DNA from: Mobula hypostoma
Taxonomy: Eukaryota
Direction of reading: 5' to 3'
Assembly: GCF_963921235.1 (NCBI RefSeq)
Contig: NC_086108.1
Coordinates: 51,462,001 to 51,526,000, forward strand
DNA: 64,000 nt
A program made the translations under genes and the position numbers. Shown here piece after piece: positions 1 to 12,621 of this stretch (its first letter is position 1; every line of letters starts with the position of its first letter). The notes below the pieces were generated by a model. That model worked only from the letters and a program-made list of their open reading frames with translations. It ran no database searches and was not told the DNA's origin.

Positions 1-1058
1 ATGAAGACAAAATATGCAAATAAAAAACCCGAGAACTTGAGTTGTATAAAGGGTCCTTGAAAATGATTCTATCGGTAATAGAATCAGTTTAGGGTTGTGA
101 TGGGTGAAGTTATCCTTGCAGGTTCAGGAGCTGATGGCTGTCGGGTAATAAGTGTTCCTGAACCTAATGGTGAGGGACCTGAGGCTTCTGTACCTCATGC
201 CCAGTGGTAGTGGCAATAACAGAGCATGGCCTGGATGGTGCGGGTCTTGAATGCTGCTTTCTTGTGGCAGCACTCCATGTAAATGTACTGAATTGTAGGG
301 AGGGCTTCGCTTTTGATGGAGTTTGCTGTATCCACCACCTTCTGTAGTGTCTTCTGTTCCTGGGCATTGGTGTTTCCATACCAGGCCATGGTGCAACCAG
401 TTCAGGTACTCTCCACCTTGCACCTATAGAAGATTGTCAAAGTTTTGGTGACGCACCAAATCTATGCAAACTTCTAAGAAAGTAGAGGCGCTCTTGTGCC
501 TTTTGTGCGATGGCAGCAATGTGCTGGTCCCAGGACAGATACGACCACTGACCCTCTCCACTTCTGACCCCCTAATTAGGACTGGCTGATGGACCTCAAG
601 CTTTTCTCTACTGTTGTTGATCATCAGCTCTTTGTTCTGCAGAATTTGAGTGAGAAGTTATTATACTGGCCCCACTTAATCTGATTTTCAGTCTCGCTCC
701 CATATATCAATTCATCACCACCTTTGATTCAGCCACAATAATGCTGTCAAAACAACAATTTAAATATGACATTGGAGCTGCTTATGGCCTCACAGAATGT
801 ATAAAGTGAGTAAAGCAGGGGGCAGGGAACCCAACCTTGTTGTGCACCTGTGCTGATTTTTGCCAGTCAGTACTTACTGGGGTCTGCCAGTGAGGAAATC
901 AAGTATCTGGTTACACAGGGAGATGATAGTATTGAATGCTGTAATCAATGAAGCTATAGTCCTAATGTGTGCATCATCGTCATCCAGGTGTACCAGAGCT
1001 GAGTGAAGGGCCAATGAAATGGCATCTACTGTTGACCTGCTGTGACGGTAAACAAGCT
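1..1058 (-). mobile_element. Rex1/Babar-like LINE fragment (RT C-terminal part and 3' region), degenerate
   Basis: Minus-strand peptides RSTVDAISLALHSALVHLD..FNTII..CNQILDFLTGRPQ and QDPHHPGHALL are typical of Rex1-type RT. Frames are broken. Confidence 0.7.
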
Positions 1059-1061
1059 GGT

Positions 1062-3043
1062 CTCTGTTCCCTCCAAGCTGTGCGCGTGCACACACGTTTT
1101 TCAACCAGCACAGTAAGGAAATTAATGTGTGCACAAAAGGTTAGTTATCTAAAATAATGTCGTAATTAATAATTATACTTACTGAAAATAATCTCTTAGC
1201 TAAATGTTTCTGTTAACTAGTTAGTGGGTTTTTCAAATACCACAATGAACATCACTAACTTACGTCACCTCCCCTTTCCTGTTCCAGTTTGTACAGCTGC
1301 ATCACGGCAGCAGCCATCTTTGGCGGACAGTGTTCATATCGTAAAGTTTACAAAGATCTGTTTCAAATCCTGTAGATAGCTTACTAAGTTTTTATTGAAA
1401 AAAATCAGTCAAATGACCCTGTGGCTAAATACTGTCACAAGAAATTGATAAACATCACATGCTAAGCAGCTTTACAGGTTTTAAGTGATGCTTTGATGAA
1501 CTGGCTGCACTGCGCAAGATTCTGCAAAAGAGAGGCCTGACACTGATTGATTCACTTCATTTTGCGCAAGGCAAAATTAACAAGATAAGAAAGCAGTATC
1601 TGGGAGACTATGTTTCATGAAGTGACAAAGTTAAAGTTTTGCTAAGCCAACAACATGAAGAAAACATCACAGTAGATACAAGTTCGCTGTTGACTTTTAT
1701 AAATAGTCTTTGTGTTCATTTAGAAGAAAGGTTTCCTGAAGATGAGGTACAAGAATGGTCAGTTTTTGATTTCTCCACAATTGCAGATTGTGACTTCACA
1801 TTTGGCGATGAAGAAGTTAATGCCTTATGTCTAAAATATCATGATTTTCTAGCTGAAAATACTGTAATAGTTAGACAGTTTAATGATCTCAAATTTTCCG
1901 TGCAAGAAAAAATTAAATCCAAACTGATTTCAAACTTTGCTCAAATGGTGGCATTTGTACTTCAAAATGAACAGTTTTGCAACCTTGCACAGTTGATGGA
2001 CATTGGGGGAGCCTTTCTTGCGTCTAGTGCGAACTGTGAGTGAGGTTTTAGCCTAATGAATCAACTTAAAAACAAGCTGAGAAACCATTTAGGTGAATGT
2101 TATTTGGATATGTCATGTGGCGGGAGGAGAAGATGGCAGTGCGACGCAGCGCACGCAGCCCTCCGGTGAAATGATATCGGTATTTGTAAGTAGGACGTGC
2201 ACAATTGTGCACAATTCTGATTTGATGGAGACAGACGTGAGAAGCAGTGGAACATCTGGAGAAATTTCTGAAATGCCCGGTTCGCTGCCGCTGCTACTGT
2301 GCGATCGAGAATCTCCGGAGGGAAGGCCCCAAAGTCACCAGCTTTGCTTGCTGCTGGCGACCGCTGAGGTTGAAGCGTTCGGCAGAGATGGTGCTCAGTA
2401 CTCGGTGTTGGAGGGCTGATTGGAGCTCGAAGTTTTCGGACGACTCAGAGTCGGACTGTGGTCGGGCATGGCAGGGAGAGTTTTCTTCCTTCTCCCGTCT
2501 GCGTGAGATGTGGGATTTTCGAGAGATTTTGAACTTTTTTACTGTGCCACGGCCTGTTCTTCATCAAGTTATGGTATTGTTGCACTGTTGTAAGTATATG
2601 TTATAATTATGTGTTTTTTGTTAGTTTTTCAGTCTTGGTCTGTCCTGTGCTTCTGGGATATCACACTGGAGGAATATTGTATCATTTCTTAATGCATGCT
2701 TTACTAAATGACAATGAAAAAGGACTGTGTGTCCTCATAATCTAATCTAATCTAATATGTTAATGAAAATCAAAACCTATCAATTGGATGGAAGTTCTAT
2801 TAGTCTAGATAAGAGTTTACAAAGAATGGGTAAATGCCAAAGACAGGAGAGAGAGCAAATAACTGATTGACTTAAATAAGTATGTAATTTTGTTGTTATT
2901 CTGTGGTTTTATGTCAAATATTTTGTAAACCTACATAAATTTGTCATGTGTGCATTCAGTGCGCACATACTTTTGTCACAGGAAAAAAATTTGCACATAA
3001 GATTTTTGCGTACACCAACTACTAAAAATTAGAGGGAACATTG
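1062..3043 (+). mobile_element. hAT DNA transposon relic (ZNF862-like transposase C-terminus), internally deleted
   Basis: Imperfect TIRs: ctctgttccctccaa at 1062 and ttagagggaacattg ending at 3043. ORF 1639-2043 ends ASSANCE*GFSLMNQLKNKLRNHL, the hAT dimerisation motif. No TSD found. Confidence 0.75.
2113..2754 (+). mobile_element. ~640-bp non-autonomous retroelement (LINE-UTR-derived, SINE-like), copy 1
   Basis: Starts ggaggagaagatggc and ends with an (aatct)n tail. Flanked by atatgt duplications inside the hAT transposase. Homologous copies at 24777-25350 and 32685-33245. Confidence 0.75.
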
Positions 3044-4140
3044 GACAGCAGTATGACTGAAGCCTGCTGGAAGCAGGTGGGTGCCTCGGACTGCCGAAGT
3101 GGGGGATTGAAGATGTCCATAAACAATCCAGCCAATTGATTAGCACAGGTCTTCAGGTAGGCCATCTAGGCCAGAACCTTTCTGTGGATTCTCACAGATC
3201 AGCCTCAGAGACTGAGATCATAGGGTCATCGCATGGTTCAAGAAGGCGTCTCCATGTTCTATCAATCCAGGCAAGGATAAAAGACATTGAGCTCACCTAG
3301 GAATGAAATCTTGTTGTCATTTATGGTGTTTGGTTTTACTTTATAGGAGCTGATGGCATTCAACTCTTGCCACAGTGTTGAGCATCTCTCTGTAATTCCA
3401 GTTTAGTCTGTAATTTCCACCTTTGCATGTGAGATGGCCTTCCAGAGGTCATACATGGATCTCTTGTGCTTTTCTTGACAACAGGTCCTGAATGCTACTG
3501 CTCCTATCATCAGCAGATTTGGAATCTCTTGGTTCATCCAGGACTTCTGGTTGGGAAAGACTCTGAATGATTTTCTGAGGACACACTTGTCTGCAAGCAT
3601 CTTTATGAAGTGACAACCGTGGCATATTCATTCAGGTCCTCTGATGAGTACTTGAACACAGACCATTCCATTGACTTGAGGCAGTCCCATAGCTGCTTCT
3701 CTAACTCCTGTGACCACCTCTATGTTTCCCTTATCTCTGGTGCCTTGCTGTTTAGTCTCTGCCTATATGGAGGACACCTAGACGGTCAGATTTCCCAAAA
3801 TACGCTCAAGGGATGACATGGTAGGTATTCTTGATGGTAGTGTAGCAGTGGTTTAGTGTGTTAGATCCTTTGGTGCTGTAGGCAATGTGCTGATGGTAAT
3901 TGGGCAGAAATTTCTTCAAGCTAGCCTGATTGAAGCTTTCAACAAGGATGTGTAGGCCATTTCTTGTATGTTAGTCATAGCACTCAATACATCGAGTGCA
4001 AGCATGACATCCGTCTTCGGCAGTACTGGACGGAAACTGTAGTCAGCATCACAGTGGGAAAATTCTTGGTATGTAGAATGGCCAGCATTTAATAATTTGA
4101 TGCTCCAAGTTTATCATCATCAGGTTAATCATTAGATGTT
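3044..4140 (-). mobile_element. Rex1/Babar-like LINE fragment (endonuclease-RT linker)
   Basis: Minus-strand peptide KSFRVFPNQKSWMNQEI. Same strand and family as 1-1058. Confidence 0.65.
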
Positions 4141-5807
4141 CAGAGTAAATCTAGGGATCAAAAACTAGCATGGAGAAAAGGAAGAAATCAATGAAGACTC
4201 AAAGGGGGAATTATAGGTGTAGAGTACCCAAGAGGGAAAAAATTAGCAATTCAAATATACAAATTGCTTTTCTGTGTATTTCCTAATAGTAATACTATGT
4301 TGGAACATTAAACTTCTGCCTCATAAATGCTAGGCATAACTTTCCATATAATCATAGCACATTAAATGCAATTTACATTTATGTTGAATTTTTATAACTA
4401 AATGTATATCTGAAAATTCTCATGAGAGCTTTGCCAGAATACTAATGATATTAGTATTAACTTAAATGTATTAATATTAACTGAATGCACTAAGCTTTAA
4501 TATACAGTATATTGAGCCTTTGCTTACTGTCACTGAGCAATTAGAATAAAATTCAATTGAGCCCTTTGCCTACCTAACGACCTGTACAGGAATATGCAGT
4601 TATGGACCTGAATAGGAACAACTTCTGGCTTGACATAGACACAGTCCTCTCTATGCCTCCTTAGCACCCCTTCTTCTGTCACCCTGCTAGAGCTCTCATT
4701 TAAAGAATTTTATAACTCTTAACCACAATATTTACCTAATGAGAGGGACAATATGCCAAAAATAGCTATCTGGACCACTGGTCTTAATTTTGACCACTAT
4801 TAAACTGGATTTGTTTGGACAAATCTCAAATGTTCAAAAGTTATGTTACTTTCAGATTTTCACAAAAATATAGCCCAACATCAAAATTATGCCTCTGAGT
4901 TCAGAAAAAGAGAGAAGAAATGTGGAGGAGTATTACACTACAGATTGATTCTTTACAAGCCTTCAGCACTGAAAAAGTTGACACCTTTAACACATGGCAC
5001 TGTCAAGTCTCAATAATAAAGAAAACAGGGAAAAGAAAAGTAATCGTGTTAAATGTATAAATAAATGACTTCAGTTTCTGTCAGCCCCCTTCATATTACA
5101 AATGCTGACAACGAAAGAGTTATTTTATCCCCTGTCATCAAAGTGCCATAGATATACAAGAAAAACACAGTTGTTAAGTGCAAATGTGAAAGCTATGTAG
5201 TTCCCTAACCTTGATGGGAATCAGGTTCATAACTACCATTAAGAATGAAACATTTAAAACAAACAGAATAAATTCAAAACTGCGACAAAGTTCTTGTTTT
5301 TTTTAATATCCTATCAGCACATAAATATGAAATATCTATGTACATAAAATATATAGAGTATTAAATTGTGGAAAGAAGTTATTTATTTTCTTTGGTAACC
5401 ACCCAGTTCTCTCAAAGTCAAATATGGTGCTGCAAATGGCCCAAGTCATTTGATCATAAATAAATCTATTCAGAGTATGTGCTGATTCTGGCAACATAAC
5501 TCCAACGTCAGTAATGAATTTGCTGTGGAAAAACTGAATTTATTTCTATAATCTCTCAACACCACAAAACCAGATTTGTCTTTGATCTCTGGTGCTCTAT
5601 GTCATGATATTCCTTTATGAAAATTGACTTTTCTTTTTGTTTATGAAATACTCTGCACTTAGAAATAGTTCACTGGATCTAAAATCTGGAGTACACAGAG
5701 GGCATGTGAAGTTGCTGCAATAATGCAAACTCCAAATTTGCAGGGGACATAAAGGTAGAAAGTGTGGGCAGGTAGTGTTGAGCAGTTGGGGGCACAGGGA
5801 TTTGACA

Positions 5808-5990
5808 AACACAAGAAAATCTGCAGATGCTGGAAATCCAATGTAACACATACAAAATGCTGGAGGAGCTCAGCAGGCCAGGCAGGATCTCAGGCAAAGA
5901 GGAAATGGTCGACACTTTGGGCCAAGGCCCTTTTTCAGGGCCCGATGAAAGGTCTCAGCCCAAAACGACGACTATTTATTCTCTTCCATT
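5808..5990. mobile_element. Short Penelope-derived terminal-repeat fragment with degenerate hammerhead motif
   Basis: tctgcagatgctgg...cccgatgaaaggtctcagcccaaaacgacgact, matching the Penelope ends at 57278-57374. Confidence 0.65.
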
Positions 5991-6179
5991 CAAATATAAC
6001 ACCTTCAGTCCTGTATTAATCACCCTTTTCAATTTTCCTCCCATGTACACTTCATCTCATCTCAATGATTACAATTTTGCCCTATCATCTGCCCGTCTTT
6101 TCTCATACTCATTACACACTGCACATATTTATATAGTAAATGCCCCATTCTCAGCTCTGTCACTCCACTTCAGATAGCT

Positions 6180-7029
6180 CTGACAATTTAGTTTAACCCT
6201 TCCAACAGCCCTGTCCCCTGCACCAATTCCTCAGCCACACATGCATCTGCCAAATCATCCTATTCTTATTCTCAACAGCACATTGCACAGGCAGCAATCC
6301 AGTGGTTACTACTTGGTGGTCCTGCTTTTCAGCTTTCTACCGAACTCCCTGCAGTCTCTCTTCAGGGCCTCCTCCCTTTTGCTATCTATGTTGTTGGTAC
6401 CAATATGTGCCACAACTTCCAGCTGCTCACTCGCCCCCTTTAGAATGTCATAGAGCCAATCTGAGACATCCCTGACCCTAGCACCTGGGAGCCAATCTGA
6501 GACGTCCCTGACCCTTGAACCTGGGAGCCAATCTGAGACGTCCCCGACCCTTGAACCTGAGAGCCAATCTGAGACGTCCCTGACCCTAGCACCTGGGAGC
6601 CAATCTGAGACATCCCTGGCCCTAGCACCTGGGAGCCAAGCTGAGACGTCCCTGACCCTAGCACCTGGGAGCCAATCTGAGATATCCCTGACCCTGGCAC
6701 CTTGGAGCCAATCTGAGACATCCCTGATTCTAGCACCTGGGAGGAAACGTACGTCTCATTGACATCCACAATATCCACTTTCTATTCCTCTAGCTATGAA
6801 ATCCACTCTCACTACTGCAGTCCTCTTCTTCCCCTTCCCTTCTGAGCCTCAGAGGCAACAGCGCCAGAGACCCTATCGCCGCAACTTCCCGCTGGTGGGT
6901 CACCCCCGCAACAGTATCCAAAGTGATAGACCTATTATTGAAGGGAACGACTACATACAGTAAGTACTCAGCACTGTCAGCCTCTTCCCTTTCCATCTCC
7001 TGACAGTCACCCAGGAGCTTTCCTCCTGC
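6180..7029 (-). mobile_element. CR1 LINE ORF1 (esterase) fragment
   Basis: Homologous to 15690-16400 of the near-full-length CR1 (VAHIGTNNI and LPGARVRDVS motifs on the minus strand). Confidence 0.7.
6453..6743. repeat. Minisatellite, 8 x 36 bp
   Basis: Unit gagccaatctgagacgtccctgaccctagcacctgg, with starts at 6453, 6489 ... 6705. Confidence 0.95.
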
Positions 7030-7037
7030 AATTCAGT

Positions 7038-8971
7038 CAGGGCCGGATTAACCTAGTAGCAAAAGTAGCATATGCTACAGCCCCGCCCTAAATGCTTGCA
7101 AACTGCATTCTGGTGAAATCGGCATCTCACCGTATTCTCATGACGATCTGGCAACACTGTTGTTTTCATGTCGGGGGAGCTGCATGCTGCATGGTATGCG
7201 TGCGCAGGCTTGTGTTGGCTCCTTGCTGTGTCATGGTGACCTTTGTGCTATCTCCGCTGGAGGGTGCACCACTGACTTTGACTGTGCGTTATGTTTTGCC
7301 GTCTGGACCAGTTGAAAGATTTGTGAAGTTTTTGGATATGGAAGGTCATAGCGCTGAACAGCTCGCTCAAAGATAACTTGACTTTTTAAAGGAAAATGAC
7401 ATTGATAAAAAAGACTGCCGTGGTCAAAGTTATGACAATGCCAGCAACATGAGTGGCAAGTATAGTGGCTTACAAGCACGAATTAAAGAGCTGAATGAGT
7501 TTGCTGATTACATTCCATGTTTTGCACATTCACTAAATTTGGTTGGAAAATGTGCTGCTGAATGTTGTCAAGAAGCATTAATTTTCTTTCAATTTGTAGA
7601 AAGCCTGTACACATTTTTTTCTGCTTCTACTTATCGGTGGGATCTCCTTTCTGCTGCATTATCTGATGGTGGTGCTCATTTGCCCATTGTGAAAAGAATG
7701 TCAGATATCAGGTGGTCAGCTCGTGCAGATGCAACAAAAGCACTTTTACACGGCTTTTCTGCGATAAAACTAGTTTTGAATGACATTTCAAATAACAATG
7801 ATCAGAAGGCAGAGTGGCGACAACAGGCTCATGGACTACTTTCAACCATGATGAAGTGTGGGATCAAGTATTACAGCATTTTCAAATGACCAGTGCTTCT
7901 TTGTAATCTTCTGCCCAAGACTTGAACACAGCTTGTGCACTCTATGAATCCTTGCATAGATATATTCAAGCTATGTGGTCTACTTTTTCAGACATTGAGC
8001 AAAAAGCCAAGGATCTGACTAAGTGTGAAGATTATCAACAGCAAACTCGAAGAAAACACAAGCAAAATCACACATATGATGATTTCAGTGGTTCCAGCAC
8101 TCTTGATCCACTTGTTGAATCTCAAATGCCTTCTCAGAAGTTTAAAAGCCAAACATTTGTTGCCAATATTGACAGCTTGCTTTCTGCCCTGTCAAAAAGG
8201 CAGAACACTTATCTAAAGGTGAATGGTGTTTTTGGATGCCTTCATCAGTTACAGACTTTTACACCTGAAGATATTGTAAAGAGATAATCAAGTGCTATTA
8301 AATCATATCCGGAAGAAAGTCTTGATGAAGAGTTTGTGCAGTTTACTGAGCTGTTGAAAACTGATCTTGTTTCTTATATTGGTGCCAAACAAGATCTTGT
8401 GGAGTTACTGTTGTACCGTTTGATAACTGACAATTCTTTGGAGTCATGTTTTTCAAATGTAGAAAATGCCTTCTGCATCTATTTGTCACTCATGATTACC
8501 AACTGCAGTGGAGAATGCTCATTTTCAAAACCGAAAAGGATTAAAAATGAACTAAGGATCACCATGGGTCAAAACAGATTGAACAATCTCACTAATGAGC
8601 AACTGTAACGAAAACCAGTTTCCCCCGGGATCAATAAAGTATGACTATGACTATGAACATGAACTTCTGCGTGAAATAGACATTTCAGGTAGCATCAACA
8701 AATTTGCTCATGCTGAATGTCGAAAATGTAACTTTTAGATTGTAGTTTTGTTATTTCTGACATTTGAAACTGATACCTACATGTAAGTAATACTATTACT
8801 GAAGTGTCAGACATTTGTCGTATCATCTGGCTGTATAGCAAATGAAAAAATTGAATTACTTTAATATGCAAGTAAATAGTTTATGTTTTAATACTTGTGC
8901 GCATTTTTTTAAAATTTAGGGCCCCTTTATAACATATGCTACAGGCCCCGCACTAGCTTAATCTGGCCCTG
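7038..8971 (+). mobile_element. hAT transposon (ZMYM1-like transposase), internally deleted and frameshifted
   Basis: TIRs cagggccggattaa / ttaatctggccctg. Perfect 8-bp TSD aattcagt at 7030-7037 and 8972-8979. Motifs GQSYDNASNMSG, YIPCFAHSLNL, RW and NCSGECSFS. Confidence 0.92.
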
Positions 8972-9059
8972 AATTCAGTACTGAAAACCTGTGCTAATCT
9001 CAGCACAATGATGGAGCATTCTGATAACCCCCAAGTTATGTTCTAATGAGTCATTAGAA

Positions 9060-9970
9060 CATAAGTTGGAGGTTATCAGAATGCCACATCACTGAGCTGA
9101 GAATGTGCCCACCAAAATTACAGCTAAAGACAAGGAGCACAAATATTTGAGAGAAGCCTTGAATGCTTGTGGCTACCCTGAATTGGACTTTAATCAAGAC
9201 AGCAACAAAAACCAGCAGAGACATCAGCCCCAACAGACAGAGGTCTGTTGCAAAGCAGACGGAAAAACATAGTCATCCCATATGTAGTTGAAGTTTCAGA
9301 GAAACTCAGTAGGATTTTCAACAAACAGCAAATCCCTGTGTTTTTCAAGCCTACAAACACACTCAGACAGAAACTCGTCCACCCAAAGGATCCTACACCC
9401 AAGCATAAACAGAGCAATATTGCATATGCTATCCAGTTCAATGTGAACTGCACAGATCTGTATATCAGAGAGACGAAACAACCACTTCACAAATGGATTG
9501 CCCAGCATAGGAGGGCTAACACATGGCTGGCTGTATATCGACCCCGAAAGGACAAGGGACACTCCCTTGATGATAACAATGTGCACATTTTGGAGACCGA
9601 TAACAGATGGTCTGAAAGAGGAGTTAAAAAGCCATCTTTGTCAAACTGGAAAACCCATCCCTGAGCAGAGGGGATGGTGACAACACCACGCATCAGCTAT
9701 TTACAATGCAGTCCTAACATCTCTACCCTGGCGTCTCCACGACAGTTCACACCTCCATTCATGCAAAGATAACACCAATGACCCTCTCATTACCTCTACA
9801 ACTCTTAATGATCTCATATGATTGCTATACCTTTAAACAACTCACAGAGTTTATAAACTGGAAAACTACCCACCATGGATTAGAACTGAAGAAGCTCTCA
9901 GATGAGTGGTGAAACATCTCCTGGACCACACAGCAAGTCCAGTTGCCTCGATTTCCTACTGCTTGATATC
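9060..9970 (+). mobile_element. Penelope-like element 3' part (GIY-YIG endonuclease), degenerate
   Basis: ORF 9248-9664: IPYV..SEKLSRIF..NIAYAIQ..LYIRETKQPL. Decayed hammerhead core ctgaaga...gaaac near 9886-9915. Confidence 0.8.
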
Positions 9971-10029
9971 TATCAGCTCCTCATGCCTCCATGTGAATGT
10001 TGTGTTGTATGTGGCAATAACAACATCAG

Positions 10030-11740
10030 TTGGACTGAGCCGGGACTGCTGATGAGGGATTATGGAGCAAAATTGAAAGACTGACGGTGAAAACTACTGG
10101 ATTATTACCTGAGCCAATTACAAATTGGCAAATGGTGAGTAGAATTAGAAAGGTGAATTAGAGTGAGTGGTGGAAATGGATTCCAATTCATGGGACACTG
10201 TCTCTGTACCAGGAACAGAGGGAGCTGCACTATTTGAGACTTAAATCCGCAAAATCTACAGATGCTGGAAATTCAAGCAACACACACAAAAAATGCAAAA
10301 GGGTCACACACAAAAGGGTCTTGACGAAGGGTCTCGGCCCAAAACGTCGACTGTACCTCTTCCTATAGATGCTGCCTGGCCTGCTGCGTTCACCGGCATT
10401 TCTTGTGTGCGTTGCTTGAGACCTAAATCCGAATCTACATTTGATGAGCTAAACTGGCAAGGATACAGTAGAAGAAACATTTGTAAAGCGTGTTAAGGAT
10501 TGCTTTTTAGAACAGTGTGTCACAGAAATTACCTAGAAGCAGGCTTTTGTAGATTTGGTTATGAGTAATGAAGAAAGATTGATCAGAGACCTTGAGGTTA
10601 AAGGTCCCCTAGGAGGCAGTGACTACAATATATCAGAATTTCAAATGCAGCTTGATGGTAAACCATTGGACTAAAACCACTGTCTACAACTTAAATAAAG
10701 GCAATTACAGTGGTATGAAGGTAGTGTGACTAAAGTGGACGGGGCAGATCAGCTAAGAAGTAGGTCAGTAGATGAACAGAGGCAGACATTCAGACAGCTG
10801 GTCCGTAACATTCAGCAGGAATTTATCCTAATTAGAATGAGGGATTCTATGAGAAAGAGACACAATTTGCAGTTAACAAAATAGATCAAAGATAATGTCA
10901 TATTTTTTAAAAATAGGGCTTACGAAGTAGTAAGAGGCAGTTGCAGGCCAGATGACCTTTTCAGATGTGGCAGTCTAAAACAAATAAGCTTATCAGAATG
11001 GAGAGAATTTATTTTGAGAGAAAACAAACAGCAGGAGTTTCTATGGATGTATAAATAGGAAGAAACCAGCTAAGGTAAGAGTGGGACCTTTAGAGAATGA
11101 GGCCAGTAAATTCGTGAAAGGAAACAAAAATGCAGATATGTTAATCACAGACATGAGAAAGGCTGCAGACGCTGGAAATTTAAAGCACTGGGGAAACGCA
11201 GCCGATCAGGCCGCATTCTTGGAAAAGAGTAAACAGTCGACATTTCAAGCCAAGACCCTTCAATTACTTCCCCCGGGACCCATATTCCTTCCCTTTCTCT
11301 TGTTGTCCACTCTCCTCTCCTATCAGATCCTTTCTTCGACAACCCTTGACCTTTCCCATCCACTTCACGTATCACCTTCCAGCTGGCTTCTTACCCCTCG
11401 CCCCACCTGTTTATTCTGGTATCTGCCCCCATTCTTTCTCAGTCCTGAAGAAAGGTCTTGGCTCAAAATGCCTGCGGTAAGATTCCAAACATAACAGATA
11501 CAATATTAGTGAAACTCACCAAGACTAAAGTAGATAAATCATCAAGAGCTCATGGCCTGCACCCAAGGGCTTTAAAGGAGGTTGCTTCAAAGATAGAGAA
11601 ACCAATGGTGAGAATTTTTCAAACATCATTAAATTCCAGGACAGTGACAGATGCTTGAAAAACAATCCATGTGACTCTATTGTAGAAAAGGAAAAAAGAC
11701 AGAAGTTTTGTGGAACTCTTGGCCAGTTAGTTAAGCATGA
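10030..11740 (+). mobile_element. Degenerate CR1 fragment with two Penelope-derived insertions (~10245-10420, ~11150-11475)
   Basis: CR1 ORF2 peptides such as GPLENE and HGLHPRALKEVA; Penelope terminal motifs within. Confidence 0.65.
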
Positions 11741-12621
11741 AGTCATAGAGAAGTACAGCACAGGAACAGGCCCTTCAGCCCATCTAGTCCATGCCGAAAC
11801 CATTTAACTGCCTACTCCCATTGACCTGCATCGGGACCATAACCCTCCACATCGCTACCATCCAAACTTCTCTTAAAAGTTGAAATCAGGTTCACATGGA
11901 CCATTTATGTTGGCAGCTTATTCCACACTCTCATGTCCCTCTGAATGAAAAAGTTTCCCGTCATGTTCCCCTTAAACTTCTCACCTTTCACCCTTAAGCA
12001 ATGACCTCTGGTTGTAGTCCCACTCAACCTCAGTGGAAAAAGCCTGTTTGCATTTACCCTATCTATACCTCTCATAATTTTGTGTACCTCTATCAAATCT
12101 CCCCTCAATGTTCTATGCTATAAAAAAGTACAGTCCTAACCTTTCCTTATAACACAGATCCTCCAGACCCGGCAACATCCTCGTAAATTTTCTCTGCACT
12201 CTTTCAAACTTATTTACATCTTTCCTATGGGTAGGTGACCAGAATTGCATACAATAGTCCAAATTAGGCCTCACTAACATCTTATACAACTTCAACATAA
12301 ATCCCATCTCCTGTACTCAATACATTGATTTATGAAGGCCAGTGTGCCAACCCTCCATATCTGTCATGCCACTTTCAATGAATTATGGAACTGTATTCCC
12401 AGATCCCTTTGTTCCACCACTCTCCTCAAGGCCCTACCATTCACTGTGTAAGACCTACACTGGTCGGTCCTACCAAAGTGCAAAACCACACACCTGTCTG
12501 CATTAAATTCCATCTGCCATTTTTCCAGCTGATGCAGATCCCTCTGGAAGCCATGATAGACTTCATCACTGTCCACTACACCACTAATATTGGTGTCATC
12601 CGCAAATTCGCTGATCCAGTT
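11740..12621 (-). mobile_element. Older CR1 3' part (continues at 16905-17375)
   Basis: Minus-strand peptides KLYKMLVRPNLDYCMQFWSP and RGDLIEVHKIMRG. The reading resumes after the inserted young CR1. Confidence 0.8.

Noticed and set aside
4857..5040. Possible host exon (ttttcag-like acceptor ... gtaatc)
   Set aside because: Stops in all three frames and no recognisable protein.
6440..6778. GSQ-repeat protein or CRISPR-like array
   Set aside because: Head-to-tail 36-bp tandem repeat with no spacers, lying inside CR1 ORF1.
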